From Candidatus Omnitrophota bacterium (lineage in GTDB: Bacteria > Omnitrophota > Gorgyraeia > S143-82): a stretch of DNA of 64,000 nucleotides. The position numbers and the translations under genes were made by a program. The stretch spans positions 16,976 to 80,975 of the forward strand of contig WGAY01000064.1 of assembly GCA_015494585.1 (NCBI GenBank), read 5' to 3'. Position 1 is the stretch's first letter. Each line of letters begins with the position of its first letter. The notes beneath the pieces are model-generated. The model was not told where the DNA came from, searched no databases, and saw nothing but the letters and a program-made list of their open reading frames with translations. Shown here in pieces: positions 42,409-51,973 of the stretch.

Positions 42409-43419
42409 ATGGGGATAAAATGGCGCGAGTTTCAGATGCCAAAGAGAATAATTACAGAAGAACATACCCCTACCTACGGCAGGTTTGTAGCCGAGCCTCT
42501 CGAGAGAGGGTATGGGGTTACCTTTGGCAATTCCCTGAGAAGGATGCTTCTCTCGTGTATAGATGGTGCAGCAGTTACCTCTGTTAAGTTTGATGGTGCC
42601 CTGCACGAGTTTTCTGCAATAGATGGAGTGCTGGAGGATGTAACCGACATAATCCTTAATATAAAACGGTTAGTCTTTAAAGCCCATGGCAGCTTTCCTA
42701 AAAAAGTCTATATAAAGAAAGAAGGACCTGGAGATGTTACGGGTGCGGATATAGTTACCGATGAGACGGTTGAGGTCGTCAATAAGGACCTGCATATTGC
42801 CACTATTACAAATAATATAGAATTTAACGTAGAAATGGAAATAGAACGCGGCAGGGGATATTTGCCTGCGGATATGAATAAGAAAAACAGACCTATAGGG
42901 ACTATAGGGGTTGATGCTATATTTACTCCTGTGCAAAAGGTGAGTTATAGGGTTGAAAACACACGTGTGGGCCAGCAAACAGATTACGATAAGTTGATAA
43001 TAGAGGTCTTTACAAATGGGGCTATCGAACCAAAAGAGGCTTTGGTATATTCCGCGACTGTTTTGCGTAAATATCTCGACATATTTTCTGAATTGGGAAC
43101 AATAGAAGAGGAAGAGGGAACGGACGATGAGACCCTCCTTTCTCCTGAGGAAAAGGAGTTGGCAGAAAAGTTGAATATGCCAATCAGTGAGCTTGAGCTT
43201 TCTGTCAGAAGCACAAATTGCCTTGCCCAGGCAAATATAAAGACTATTGGTGAGCTGGTTATGAAAGAGGAACAGGAGATGCTTTCCTATAGAAATTTTG
43301 GGAAAAAATCCCTGAATGAGATAAAAGATGTACTTGCAAAGATGGGTCTTTCTTTGGGTATGAAGGTTGATCCTCGGATTTATAAGTTGGAGACATCGGA
43401 AGAACAAGAGGAAAATTAA
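42409..43419 (+). CDS. rpoA: RNA polymerase alpha subunit
   Basis: [35 protein letters not shown]. Confidence 0.98.
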   Translation: MGIKWREFQMPKRIITEEHTPTYGRFVAEPLERGYGVTFGNSLRRMLLSCIDGAAVTSVKFDGALHEFSAIDGVLEDVTDIILNIKRLVFKAHGSFPKKVYIKKEGPGDVTGADIVTDETVEVVNKDLHIATITNNIEFNVEMEIERGRGYLPADMNKKNRPIGTIGVDAIFTPVQKVSYRVENTRVGQQTDYDKLIIEVFTNGAIEPKEALVYSATVLRKYLDIFSELGTIEEEEGTDDETLLSPEEKELAEKLNMPISELELSVRSTNCLAQANIKTIGELVMKEEQEMLSYRNFGKKSLNEIKDVLAKMGLSLGMKVDPRIYKLETSEEQEEN

Positions 43420-43431
43420 GGAGAAAGGGAT

Positions 43432-43914
43432 ATGAGGCACAGGATTAAGTCAAATCATCTCAGTAGGAATAAAGGGGCAAGAAAGGCGGTATTGCGTCAT
43501 ACGGCTAAGGCCTTATTGTTAAATCAGCGTATAAAAACCCGTTTGAGATTAGCTAAGGAGGTACGCAAGTTAGTGGAGAGACTTATTACCTTGGGAAAGA
43601 AGAATACACTGGCTGCCCGCAGGAAGGCAAATGAGGTCTTGAACGATCGCAAGTTAGTCAAACTCCTGTTTGATGAGATTGCACCTAAATTTGAGAATAG
43701 GGCCGGGGGTTATACCCGTATATACAAATTGGCAGATATCAGAAAAGGTGACGGGTCTTCTTATTGTATATTGGAACTTACCGAGTTCTATAAGGCTCCT
43801 GTTGAGATAAAGGAAGAACGGCCCGCAGAAGTAGAGAAACGTACTGTACTGGGCGGGTTGAGGTCCTTGTTTAGAAAGAAGAGGAAAAAAGACTCTAATG
43901 AGTCAAGTGAGTGA
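43432..43914 (+). CDS. rplQ: 50S ribosomal protein L17 with C-terminal extension
   Basis: MRHR, ERLITLGK, RAGGYTRI. Confidence 0.97.
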   Translation: MRHRIKSNHLSRNKGARKAVLRHTAKALLLNQRIKTRLRLAKEVRKLVERLITLGKKNTLAARRKANEVLNDRKLVKLLFDEIAPKFENRAGGYTRIYKLADIRKGDGSSYCILELTEFYKAPVEIKEERPAEVEKRTVLGGLRSLFRKKRKKDSNESSE

Positions 43915-43927
43915 GAGGTGAGATGTT

Positions 43928-44140
43928 ATGAAAAAGGGAATACATCCAGATTATATGGAGTGCACAATAACCTGTGCCTGTGGGAATGTCATCCATACCC
44001 GCGCGACCAGGCCGGGTATAAGGGTGGAGATATGTTCGAATTGCCATCCATTCTTTACCGGGAAACAGAAGTTTGTTGATACGGCAGGAAGGGTGGAAAA
44101 ATTTGTAAAGAAATACGGAAAGAAATACTTAGAGAAATAG
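43928..44140 (+). CDS. rpmE: 50S ribosomal protein L31 (Zn-binding form)
   Basis: [21 protein letters not shown]. Confidence 0.97.
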   Translation: MKKGIHPDYMECTITCACGNVIHTRATRPGIRVEICSNCHPFFTGKQKFVDTAGRVEKFVKKYGKKYLEK

Positions 44141-44218
44141 ATAGACCTGCCTGCATAGAATGTCCTGGATAGCCTGTCCCTATGGGCGATAGGGGACGAA
44201 AATCGTCATTTCTGGTCT

Positions 44219-44247
44219 TTGTGCATTTGGGGGACGTGTTGTATAAT
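44219..44247 (+). promoter_or_regulatory. Putative sigma70 promoter for the dapL-lpt-aroA-mreB cluster
   Basis: TTGTGC, 17-nt spacer, perfect TATAAT (44242-44247); AGGAGG RBS downstream. Confidence 0.55.
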
Positions 44248-44269
44248 AAGTTGAATTAGGAGGTCTGCT

Positions 44270-45421
44270 ATGAATTTTTCTAATAGGCTTGGTATGCTCG
44301 GTACGTATCTTTTTGCTGAGATTGATAGGGCAAAGAGGGAAGCAAAGAAGGCCGGTAAAGATGTAATAGACCTTGGTATTGGGGATCCGGATATGCCGAC
44401 TCCGGATTTTATCATAGAGTCAATGTGCAAGGCGGTACGAGATCCTGTCAATCACCGCTATGCAATGGATCAAGGATTGCCTGAGTTAAGAGAAGCCATT
44501 GCCGATTGGTACTATAGGCGCCTGCGAGTAAAGCTGGATCCTGAAAAAGAGGTTCTGCCTTTGATAGGATCAAAAGAGGGGATTGCCCATCTTCCGTTTG
44601 CTGTAAATAATCCTGGAGATGTTAATCTAGTCCCAAGTCCCTGTTATCCTCCTTATAAGAACGCCAGTATATTGGCCGGTGCTCAGGTGTTTGAGTTGCC
44701 ATTACTTGAGGAGAATGGGTTTTTACCTGATCTGGGAAATATACCGACAGAGATGTTACAGAAGGCGAAATTATTGTTTTTAAATTATCCTAATAATCCC
44801 ACGTCTGCTGTTGCTGATTATGAGTTTTTTACGCGCGTCCTTGCTCTGGCAGAAAAATACGACTTTATTGTGGTACAAGATATGGCCTATTCTGAGATAG
44901 TCTATGACGGTTACAGGGCGATAAGCATCCTGGAAGTGGATAAAGAAAAGCGTCGTAGCGTGGAATTCCATTCCCTTTCTAAGACCTATAATATGACTGG
45001 CTGGAGGCTAGGATGGGTATGTGGGAATCAAGAGGTTATTTCTGCCCTGGCAAAATTCAAATCGAATATCGATTCAGGTATATTCCAGGCCATCCAGTTG
45101 GCCGGCATAACTGCACTGAAGGATGGTGATGAATTTATAGCCCGTATGCAGCAGGTATATAAAGGCCGCAGAGATGTTTTGGTTGAGGGCTTGCGTTCAA
45201 TTGGGTTTGATGTTTCTTCTCCCAAAGCTACCTTTTATGTATGGATGCGCATTGGTGGCAGTTCTATAGATTTTGCAAAGCGAGTTTTGGAGGAAGCACA
45301 TATTATATGTACTCCAGGGATTGGTTTTGGTAAGAGTGGGGAGGGATATGTACGTTTCGCCCTCACCCTTGGAGAAGAAAGATTGGAGGAGGCAGTAGAT
45401 CGTCTGAGGAAAATAGTATGA
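44270..45421 (+). CDS. dapL: LL-diaminopimelate aminotransferase-like class I aminotransferase
   Basis: YLFAEID, DLGIGDPD, IGSKEGI, NYPNNPT, EFHSLSKTYNMTGWRLG. Confidence 0.85.
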   Translation: MNFSNRLGMLGTYLFAEIDRAKREAKKAGKDVIDLGIGDPDMPTPDFIIESMCKAVRDPVNHRYAMDQGLPELREAIADWYYRRLRVKLDPEKEVLPLIGSKEGIAHLPFAVNNPGDVNLVPSPCYPPYKNASILAGAQVFELPLLEENGFLPDLGNIPTEMLQKAKLLFLNYPNNPTSAVADYEFFTRVLALAEKYDFIVVQDMAYSEIVYDGYRAISILEVDKEKRRSVEFHSLSKTYNMTGWRLGWVCGNQEVISALAKFKSNIDSGIFQAIQLAGITALKDGDEFIARMQQVYKGRRDVLVEGLRSIGFDVSSPKATFYVWMRIGGSSIDFAKRVLEEAHIICTPGIGFGKSGEGYVRFALTLGEERLEEAVDRLRKIV

Positions 45422-46347
45422 TCGGAGATAGGTTGTATCATTTTGGTTGTGTTTTGATTTTCTTTGTTCTGTTAGTGGTTGGACTGACATTAAGAGGGCT
45501 TGCTAAGGATGTCAATATGGATTTTGACGACAACCTTGTAGAGCAGACGATAAAAGATTTTAGTGTAAGTGGTATTAATGATTCTGCAAAGACCCGCTGG
45601 GATATGCATGGCGATACAGCGCGCATAAAGGATAATCTCCTTGAAGTGGACAATGTCAAGGTCACGGGATTTTCTGATGGGGTGCGTGTAGATGTGGTTT
45701 CTGAAAAGGGATATTATAATAGAGATAAGGGGGTGGTTCTTCTATCCAAGGATGTTAAAGCGGTTTCTTCTACGGGTGCGAAGTTGGTTACTGATACAGC
45801 TGTCTGGGATACAAAAAAGAATACCTTGGAGACTGATGATAGGGTTACAATTACTCAGGATGATAAGGGTGCTGTTTTGAAGGGTAAAGGGGGCCATGTT
45901 GAGCTGGATAAAAATGTGGCTGTCATTCGTTCCGATGTAGAGGCTCAGATGTACAGGTCTTCTGCCAAAGAGATGGGGTTACCGGTTGGAGGAGAAAGTA
46001 AGGAGAAAAAACGGCATAAGACGATTATTCGTTGTAAAGGTCCTCTAGAGGTGAGATATAGGGATAAAATAGCTGTGTTTAATAATAATGTTGTTGTCGA
46101 GGACGAAGAAGCCAAGATATATGCTGACAAATTGACGGTTTATTTCAATAACGATGATAATCGCATCTCTAAGATTATAGGGGAAGGCAATGTGCGCATT
46201 GTGAAAGGCGATAACGTAACCGAGAGTGAAAAGGCTATCTATGATGTAGAGAATGAATCCTTGACAATGGTGGGCGAACCCAAGGTACTTTTCTACTCCG
46301 GAGAGGAGATAGGCAGTGCATCTTTTAAGGACCGAAAATTTAATTAA
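45418..46347 (+). CDS. LPS transport protein, LptC-LptA fusion
   Basis: N-terminal TM helix; LptC-like beta-jellyroll (LVTDTAVWD, LETDDRVTI); then LptA/OstA-like IAVFNNNVVV, IYADKLTVYF, GEGNVRI, KAIYD, LTMVGEPKV. Immediately upstream of lptB. Confidence 0.75.
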   Translation: MIGDRLYHFGCVLIFFVLLVVGLTLRGLAKDVNMDFDDNLVEQTIKDFSVSGINDSAKTRWDMHGDTARIKDNLLEVDNVKVTGFSDGVRVDVVSEKGYYNRDKGVVLLSKDVKAVSSTGAKLVTDTAVWDTKKNTLETDDRVTITQDDKGAVLKGKGGHVELDKNVAVIRSDVEAQMYRSSAKEMGLPVGGESKEKKRHKTIIRCKGPLEVRYRDKIAVFNNNVVVEDEEAKIYADKLTVYFNNDDNRISKIIGEGNVRIVKGDNVTESEKAIYDVENESLTMVGEPKVLFYSGEEIGSASFKDRKFN

Positions 46348-47038
46348 GGTCTATAGCGGCAGGCGGGTGGTTAATGAGGTAAACATTGAGATACGCAGGG
46401 GAGAGATTGTCGGCCTTCTTGGACCAAATGGTGCAGGGAAAACCACCACCTTTTATATGGTGGTAGGGATTGTAAGACCTGATCGCGGTAAGGTCCTATT
46501 CGACGATAGGGATATTACTAATTATCCTATTCATAAACGCGCAAGGTTGGGTATGGCCTATTTGCCTCAGGAGTCTTCAGTGTTTAAAAATCTTACCGTA
46601 GAGGAAAATGTCTTGGCCATATTGGAGACATTGAATATACCTAGAAAAGAAAGATATAGAAGGGCAAAGGAGGCATTGGCTGAGCTTAATCTGCTACACC
46701 TAGCAAAGAGTAAGTGTTATATGCTTTCGGGTGGGGAGAGGCGCAGGCTTGAGATTACTCGGGCCCTTTTGACTAATCCGATGTTTTTATTATTGGATGA
46801 GCCTTTTTCAGGTATTGATCCCATTGTTGTCTATGAGGCCCAACAGATTATTTTGGGGCTCAAAAGGCGTGGGCTGGGAATCCTACTTACCGACCACAAT
46901 GTCAGAGAGACCCTTTCTATTACTGATAGGGCCTATCTCATCGCCGAAGGTAGGATATTGTTTGAGGGCAAGCCACAGGATCTGGTCAATAACCCAGAGG
47001 CCAGGAGGATGTATTTGGGTAAGGATTTTAAGTTATAG
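46316..47038 (+). CDS. lptB: LPS export ABC transporter ATPase
   Basis: GLLGPNGAGKTTTFYM, YLPQESSVF, LSGGERRRLEI, TDHNVRETL. Confidence 0.96.
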   Translation: MHLLRTENLIKVYSGRRVVNEVNIEIRRGEIVGLLGPNGAGKTTTFYMVVGIVRPDRGKVLFDDRDITNYPIHKRARLGMAYLPQESSVFKNLTVEENVLAILETLNIPRKERYRRAKEALAELNLLHLAKSKCYMLSGGERRRLEITRALLTNPMFLLLDEPFSGIDPIVVYEAQQIILGLKRRGLGILLTDHNVRETLSITDRAYLIAEGRILFEGKPQDLVNNPEARRMYLGKDFKL

Positions 47039-47056
47039 TGGAAAGGAAGGGATAGG

Positions 47057-47890
47057 ATGAGCCGTGTGCGCCAAAGTGTGGTTGCGGGCAAGTTTTATCC
47101 CGCCAGTGTCTCTGCCCTGACCGAGTGGATTAAGTCTCAGGTCAGAGGATCTGTGTCCCAATTAGTAGTTGCTGCAATAGCCCCGCATGCGGGTTATGTA
47201 TTTTCAGGAGACCTTGCTGTTAAGACGCTCTCTGGAATCGGTCCGAAAGATGTCTTTGTATTGCTTGGGCCAAATCATACTGGACTTGGAAATACTGTAG
47301 CTCTGTCTGGATCAGATACATGGCAGACACCGTTTGGTGATATCAAGGTCGATGTGGATCTAAGAGAGGAGATGCTTTCTATCAATGGAATCACTATAGA
47401 CGATATTGCACACCTATATGAGCATTCCCTTGAGGTCTTTTTGCCTATGTTGAAGTTTCTCTATCCTTCAGCTAGAATATTGCCCGTGACTATAAAGGGC
47501 GATAGGGAAAAGGATTTTTTTATAACATTAGGCAAATCCCTTTTTCCGTTGTATAATAAATACAAAAAGAAGGTGGCATGGATTGTAAGTTCTGATATGA
47601 ATCACTATGAAAATCAGAAAGTTACGCTATTTAAAGACAAACTTGCTATAGATAAAATCCTAAATCTTGATTATCAGGGCCTCTGGGAAGAGGTTGAAAA
47701 GCATAAGATTTCAATGTGTGGTATACACCCTGCTATGGTCTTACTTTCTATGTTAGAGGAAGATGGGGATAACATAGAAGTAGATCTAGTTGGCCATAAG
47801 ACCAGTGGTGATGTGCTGGGCGATTATGAACAGGTGGTAGGTTATATGGGATGTTTATTTCTGCATAAAGGGGCAAAGGAGGGGTTATGA
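47057..47890 (+). CDS. MEMO1-family (AmmeMemoRadiSam protein B)
   Basis: VAGKFYP, APHAGYVFSG, GPNH, EHSLEV, SSDMNHY, SMCG, VVGY. Confidence 0.9.
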   Translation: MSRVRQSVVAGKFYPASVSALTEWIKSQVRGSVSQLVVAAIAPHAGYVFSGDLAVKTLSGIGPKDVFVLLGPNHTGLGNTVALSGSDTWQTPFGDIKVDVDLREEMLSINGITIDDIAHLYEHSLEVFLPMLKFLYPSARILPVTIKGDREKDFFITLGKSLFPLYNKYKKKVAWIVSSDMNHYENQKVTLFKDKLAIDKILNLDYQGLWEEVEKHKISMCGIHPAMVLLSMLEEDGDNIEVDLVGHKTSGDVLGDYEQVVGYMGCLFLHKGAKEGL

Positions 47891-48696
47891 CGAAAAGGGA
47901 AACTTTTCTGTTTAGTCTACTGACTATCTTCTTTATTGCTGCGATTGGTGCATTGGTATATTTTGTTGTTCAGTACCTTAACATAAAGGTCGAAAACTCA
48001 AAGATCCTTCAGAATATACGCCAGGTAAAGAATACCCTGGAGCTGACGAAGGAAGAGGTAAAGTCTCGCGATAGGAAGATAGAGGAATTGAAGGATCAGA
48101 TATCAAAGTTTAAGAATAAGGTTATTTCCTTAAAGAAAGAGATTACAGGGCTTGAGAAAGAGAAGCAAGAATTAATAGAGGATATGGATGCACTAAAGGA
48201 AAAATTTTCAGATGTGGATGCTGCTCTCGAGGAAAAGAGTAATCAGATATGGCGTCTCAAAAAGGAACTTATGCGTACCCGTGGCCGTTTGTTTGCTGTT
48301 GAGGAGTATCTTCAGGGTCTAATGAAGGCAAAAAGCTCACCTGTTGTTACTGGAAGGCAGGGCTCCCCTTCGGCCTCTACGGGTTCAACTAGTTCTGAAG
48401 AACAGGTTTCTTTGGGCAAGATTGTGGTTGCTTCCGGACAGGGGACATCTGATGCCGCAGGTGCTGCTGTGTCTGCCAGGGTCTTATCAATTAATACCAA
48501 GTATGGATTTGCCATATTTGCCATGGATAAATCTGTCCAACCGCATGTCGGATGGCATGTCAGGGTTGAGCTTAGTGATGGGAAAAGCTTTGTAGGGGTA
48601 ATAGATACAGTTAGGCGAAATATGGTTACTATGGATATACCTAAGAATATAGATATAGCAATTGGAGATAGAGTTCAAATCGTAGTGTTGAATTAA
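47887..48696 (+). CDS. Hypothetical membrane-anchored coiled-coil protein with C-terminal beta domain
   Basis: N-terminal TM helix, long heptad region, Ser/Thr/Gly linker, beta-rich tail. Coupled to both neighbours. Confidence 0.7.
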   Translation: MTKRETFLFSLLTIFFIAAIGALVYFVVQYLNIKVENSKILQNIRQVKNTLELTKEEVKSRDRKIEELKDQISKFKNKVISLKKEITGLEKEKQELIEDMDALKEKFSDVDAALEEKSNQIWRLKKELMRTRGRLFAVEEYLQGLMKAKSSPVVTGRQGSPSASTGSTSSEEQVSLGKIVVASGQGTSDAAGAAVSARVLSINTKYGFAIFAMDKSVQPHVGWHVRVELSDGKSFVGVIDTVRRNMVTMDIPKNIDIAIGDRVQIVVLN

Positions 48697-50012
48697 TGCG
48701 TTCTTGTATAGTTGTTCCATCCGATAAGTCCATTTCACATAGGGCATTGATATTTTCGGCCATCTCTAATGGTAGGATAGAGATAGAGAATCTCCTTTTT
48801 GCGGAAGATTGTCTGTCAACAGCCGATGTATTATCTAGGTTGGGAATTTCTATTTCTCTTTCTAAAAAGTTGCGTAGGGCAGTTGTTATTGGTAAGGGAA
48901 AGTTTGGTTTTACAATGCCTAGGGAAACACTCTTTGCTGGCAATTCTGGAACGACTATGCGGATTATGACGGGCCTTTTGGCAGGTCAGGCGTTTGATTC
49001 TGTTATTGATGGGGATGCATCCCTCAGAAGACGTCCTATGCTCAGGGTGATAAGCCCGCTGCTTGAAATGGGGGCTAGGATTCGTGGACGTGTAGCCAGG
49101 ATTAAAGGGAGAAGGGATGTCTTTGCCCCCCTTGAGATAGAGGGTAGCCGACTGATTGGTAGGCGGATTGTCTCTAATGTTGCCAGTGCCCAAGTAAAGA
49201 CTGCGGTTATCCTAGCTGGATTGTGTGCGGAAGGCCGAACATATTACAGAGAGCCTATCTTATCTCGAGATCATACCGAACGTTTACTTAAGGACTTTGG
49301 AATACATTTGATCCGTCGTAAGGGGTGGATTATTGTAGACGGCGGCAGAAATCTTATCTCCCCAGGAAGGATATTTGTTCCTGGGGATATATCTTCTGCA
49401 GCCTTTTTTATGGGTTATGCGGCTATAAGTCCCTCTACAGAAGTGGTAATAAAGAGGGTGGGAATAAATCCGTCGCGTCTGGGCGTCGTCCGTGTATTTA
49501 AGAGGATGGGTGTTAAAATAACATTTTTAAATAAAGTAAATTCTCCTGAACCTTACGCCGATATTGTGGTAAAATCATCTAATTTGAAGGCTGTACAGGT
49601 AAAGGCCGAAGAGATACCATCTTTGATAGATGAGGTTCCTATTATTGCGGTTGTTGCTGCATTTGCCAAGGGCAAGACGCAGATAGAGGGAGTAGATGAG
49701 CTAAGGGTAAAGGAAAGCGATAGGCTTTATGCACTTGCCTATAACCTTGGCAAATTTGGCATTCGGGTCGATATAAAACAGAGAAAGACGCGTACGGACT
49801 TGATTATCCATGGCGGAAGAGGGTTTTCAAGACCTAAAGGAATGGTAAAGTCTTTCTCTGACCACAGGATTGCAATGAGTATGGCGGTATTGCTCGCTAG
49901 ATTAGGGTTGCCCATTGAGAAGTTAGATAATAGAGATTGTACGGCAATCTCGTATCCTGAATTTTGGGACACGCTGGAAGCGGTAACTAAAGGAGTGGAT
50001 TATGAATTTTAG
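48696..50012 (+). CDS. aroA: EPSP synthase
   Basis: DKSISHRA, GNSGTTMR, SAQVK, RDHTER, LRVKESDR, DHRIAMS. Confidence 0.96.
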   Translation: MRSCIVVPSDKSISHRALIFSAISNGRIEIENLLFAEDCLSTADVLSRLGISISLSKKLRRAVVIGKGKFGFTMPRETLFAGNSGTTMRIMTGLLAGQAFDSVIDGDASLRRRPMLRVISPLLEMGARIRGRVARIKGRRDVFAPLEIEGSRLIGRRIVSNVASAQVKTAVILAGLCAEGRTYYREPILSRDHTERLLKDFGIHLIRRKGWIIVDGGRNLISPGRIFVPGDISSAAFFMGYAAISPSTEVVIKRVGINPSRLGVVRVFKRMGVKITFLNKVNSPEPYADIVVKSSNLKAVQVKAEEIPSLIDEVPIIAVVAAFAKGKTQIEGVDELRVKESDRLYALAYNLGKFGIRVDIKQRKTRTDLIIHGGRGFSRPKGMVKSFSDHRIAMSMAVLLARLGLPIEKLDNRDCTAISYPEFWDTLEAVTKGVDYEF

Positions 50013-51063
50013 GCACCTCCTGCACAGAATAATGGGCAAGTTGGGGGGGATCTTCGCAACGGATATAGGGATAGATCTTGGTACTGCCAATACCCTGGTT
50101 TACGTAAGGGGTGACGGAATAGTCCTGTGCGAGCCATCGGTAGTTGCTGTTTCCAAAGATACCCATGAGGTGCTTAAGGTCGGTGCAGAGGCAAAGGATA
50201 TGCTAGGTCGTACGCCTGGTAATATTATGGCAATAAGGCCCTTGAAGGAAGGGGTTATTGCAGATTTCGACGCTACAGAGGCCATGCTTAGACGGTTTAT
50301 TGAGAAGGCCAATCCGAGAAAGTATCTGGCTAGTCCGAGGGTGGTAGTGGCCATCCCTTCTGGCATTACAGAGGTTGAAAAGCGCGCGGTTAAAGAATCT
50401 GCTCAACGGGCTGGAGCAAGGGAGGTGTTTTTGATAGAGGAACCAATGGCAGCGGCTATTGGTGTTGGTTTGCCTATTGCAGATCCCTCTGGGAACATGA
50501 TTATAGACATAGGTGGTGGGACGACAGAGATAGCGGTTATTTCTCTTTCCGGTATAGTCTATTCTACTTCGATAAAGATGGGTGGTGATAAATGGGATGT
50601 GGCGATACTGGAGCATGTAAAAAAGACCTATAATCTGCTTATTGGTGAGCGCACGGCCGAGATGATAAAGATAAAAATAGGTTCTGCCTATCCGGTGGAT
50701 AAAGAGACGACACTTGATATACGAGGCAGGGATATGGTAACTGGTCTGCCAAAGACAGTAACGATATCTTCGGAAGAGATAAGGGAGGCATTAAAGGACC
50801 ATGTACACAAGATTATAGACGCCGTGCGCCTGGCCCTTGAAAAGACTCCTCCTGAGTTGTCTGCCGACCTTATCGATAAAGGAATTGTGCTTGCAGGTGG
50901 AGGGGCCTTGCTCAAAGGTATAGACCGATTGATTGCCGAGGAAACCGGATTGCCTGTTATTATTGCTGACGATCCCATTACCGCTGTTGCTGTTGGTACG
51001 GGCAAGGTTTTAGAAGAAGAGGAGTTTCTGTGGAGGGTTACCGTTCCTGTGCGCTATGAATAG
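50002..51063 (+). CDS. mreB: Rod shape protein MreB
   Basis: IDLGTANT, IEEPMAAAIG, DIGGGTTE, LAGGGALL. Confidence 0.98.
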   Translation: MNFRHLLHRIMGKLGGIFATDIGIDLGTANTLVYVRGDGIVLCEPSVVAVSKDTHEVLKVGAEAKDMLGRTPGNIMAIRPLKEGVIADFDATEAMLRRFIEKANPRKYLASPRVVVAIPSGITEVEKRAVKESAQRAGAREVFLIEEPMAAAIGVGLPIADPSGNMIIDIGGGTTEIAVISLSGIVYSTSIKMGGDKWDVAILEHVKKTYNLLIGERTAEMIKIKIGSAYPVDKETTLDIRGRDMVTGLPKTVTISSEEIREALKDHVHKIIDAVRLALEKTPPELSADLIDKGIVLAGGGALLKGIDRLIAEETGLPVIIADDPITAVAVGTGKVLEEEEFLWRVTVPVRYE

Positions 51064-51967
51064 TTTTTGTCCGGATCCAATGCAATTGGTCGGTAATACT
51101 CCTGTTGTGCATCTTAAAAAAGATGTGTTCATTCATCTATTCCCTGAACTGAAGTTTATAGAAAGGGCACCCTTTGAGATATACGCTAAGCTAGAGAAAT
51201 ACAATCCCCTTGGCAGTGTAAAGGATAGGCCCGTTTTATATATGATGAAAGACTTGATTGATAAAGGGGAATTGCACCCTGGTATGTCTGTGGTTGAGCC
51301 TACTTCTGGGAATACCGGTATTGCTATTGCCTGGATGTCTTCTCTGCTTGGCCTAAAGGCGGTAATCGTAATGCCTGAGTCTATGTCTGAGCAGCGAAAA
51401 AGGATACTGCGGCTCCTCGGTGCAGAGCTTATTTTGACAAAGGCCAACCTTGGTATGCAAGGGGCTATAGAGGAGGCAGCTCGGCTGCTTGAAAGGGATG
51501 ACGATGCTGTCACACTTGGCCAATTCACCAATCCCCTCAACTCTCTTGCCCATTATAAGACCACTGGGCCTGAGATATGGTCTCAATTGGGAGGTGAGGT
51601 TGCAGTGGTGGTAGCTGGAATAGGGACGGGAGGGACCATTTCAGGGACGGGCAGATTCCTTAAAGAGAAGGATGAGAAGATAAGGGTTATTGGCGTAGAG
51701 CCCAGCAGCTTTCCGCATCGTATACAGGGTATAGGGGCGGGTTTTGTGCCAGAAATATTAGATAAATCGGTAATAGATGATATTGTTAAGGTAGATGATA
51801 CCTATGTCCTGGAGATCTTTGAGATATTCCCTAAGATTTCTGGTTTGTTGGTTGGCCTTTCTTCCTGTGCTGTGTTGGTGGGATTGCGTAACTTCTTATT
51901 GGATAACAGGGCTATTGTGGGCAATATCCTGCTGATTTTTCCTGATACAGGCGAACGATATTTATGA
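51056..51967 (+). CDS. cysK: Cysteine synthase family PLP enzyme
   Basis: NPLGSVKDR (PLP Lys), EPTSGNTG, GIGTGGT, HRIQGIGAGF, PDTGERYL. Confidence 0.88.
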   Translation: MNSFCPDPMQLVGNTPVVHLKKDVFIHLFPELKFIERAPFEIYAKLEKYNPLGSVKDRPVLYMMKDLIDKGELHPGMSVVEPTSGNTGIAIAWMSSLLGLKAVIVMPESMSEQRKRILRLLGAELILTKANLGMQGAIEEAARLLERDDDAVTLGQFTNPLNSLAHYKTTGPEIWSQLGGEVAVVVAGIGTGGTISGTGRFLKEKDEKIRVIGVEPSSFPHRIQGIGAGFVPEILDKSVIDDIVKVDDTYVLEIFEIFPKISGLLVGLSSCAVLVGLRNFLLDNRAIVGNILLIFPDTGERYL

Positions 51968-51973
51968 ATTTAT

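Noticed and set aside
42670-43440. 256-aa minus-strand ORF
   Set aside because: Antisense to rpoA, with no recognisable motif; a codon-bias shadow.
44141-44269. Lysine riboswitch upstream of dapL
   Set aside because: The gap is only 129 nt, includes a promoter near its 3' end, and shows no recognisable L-box core.
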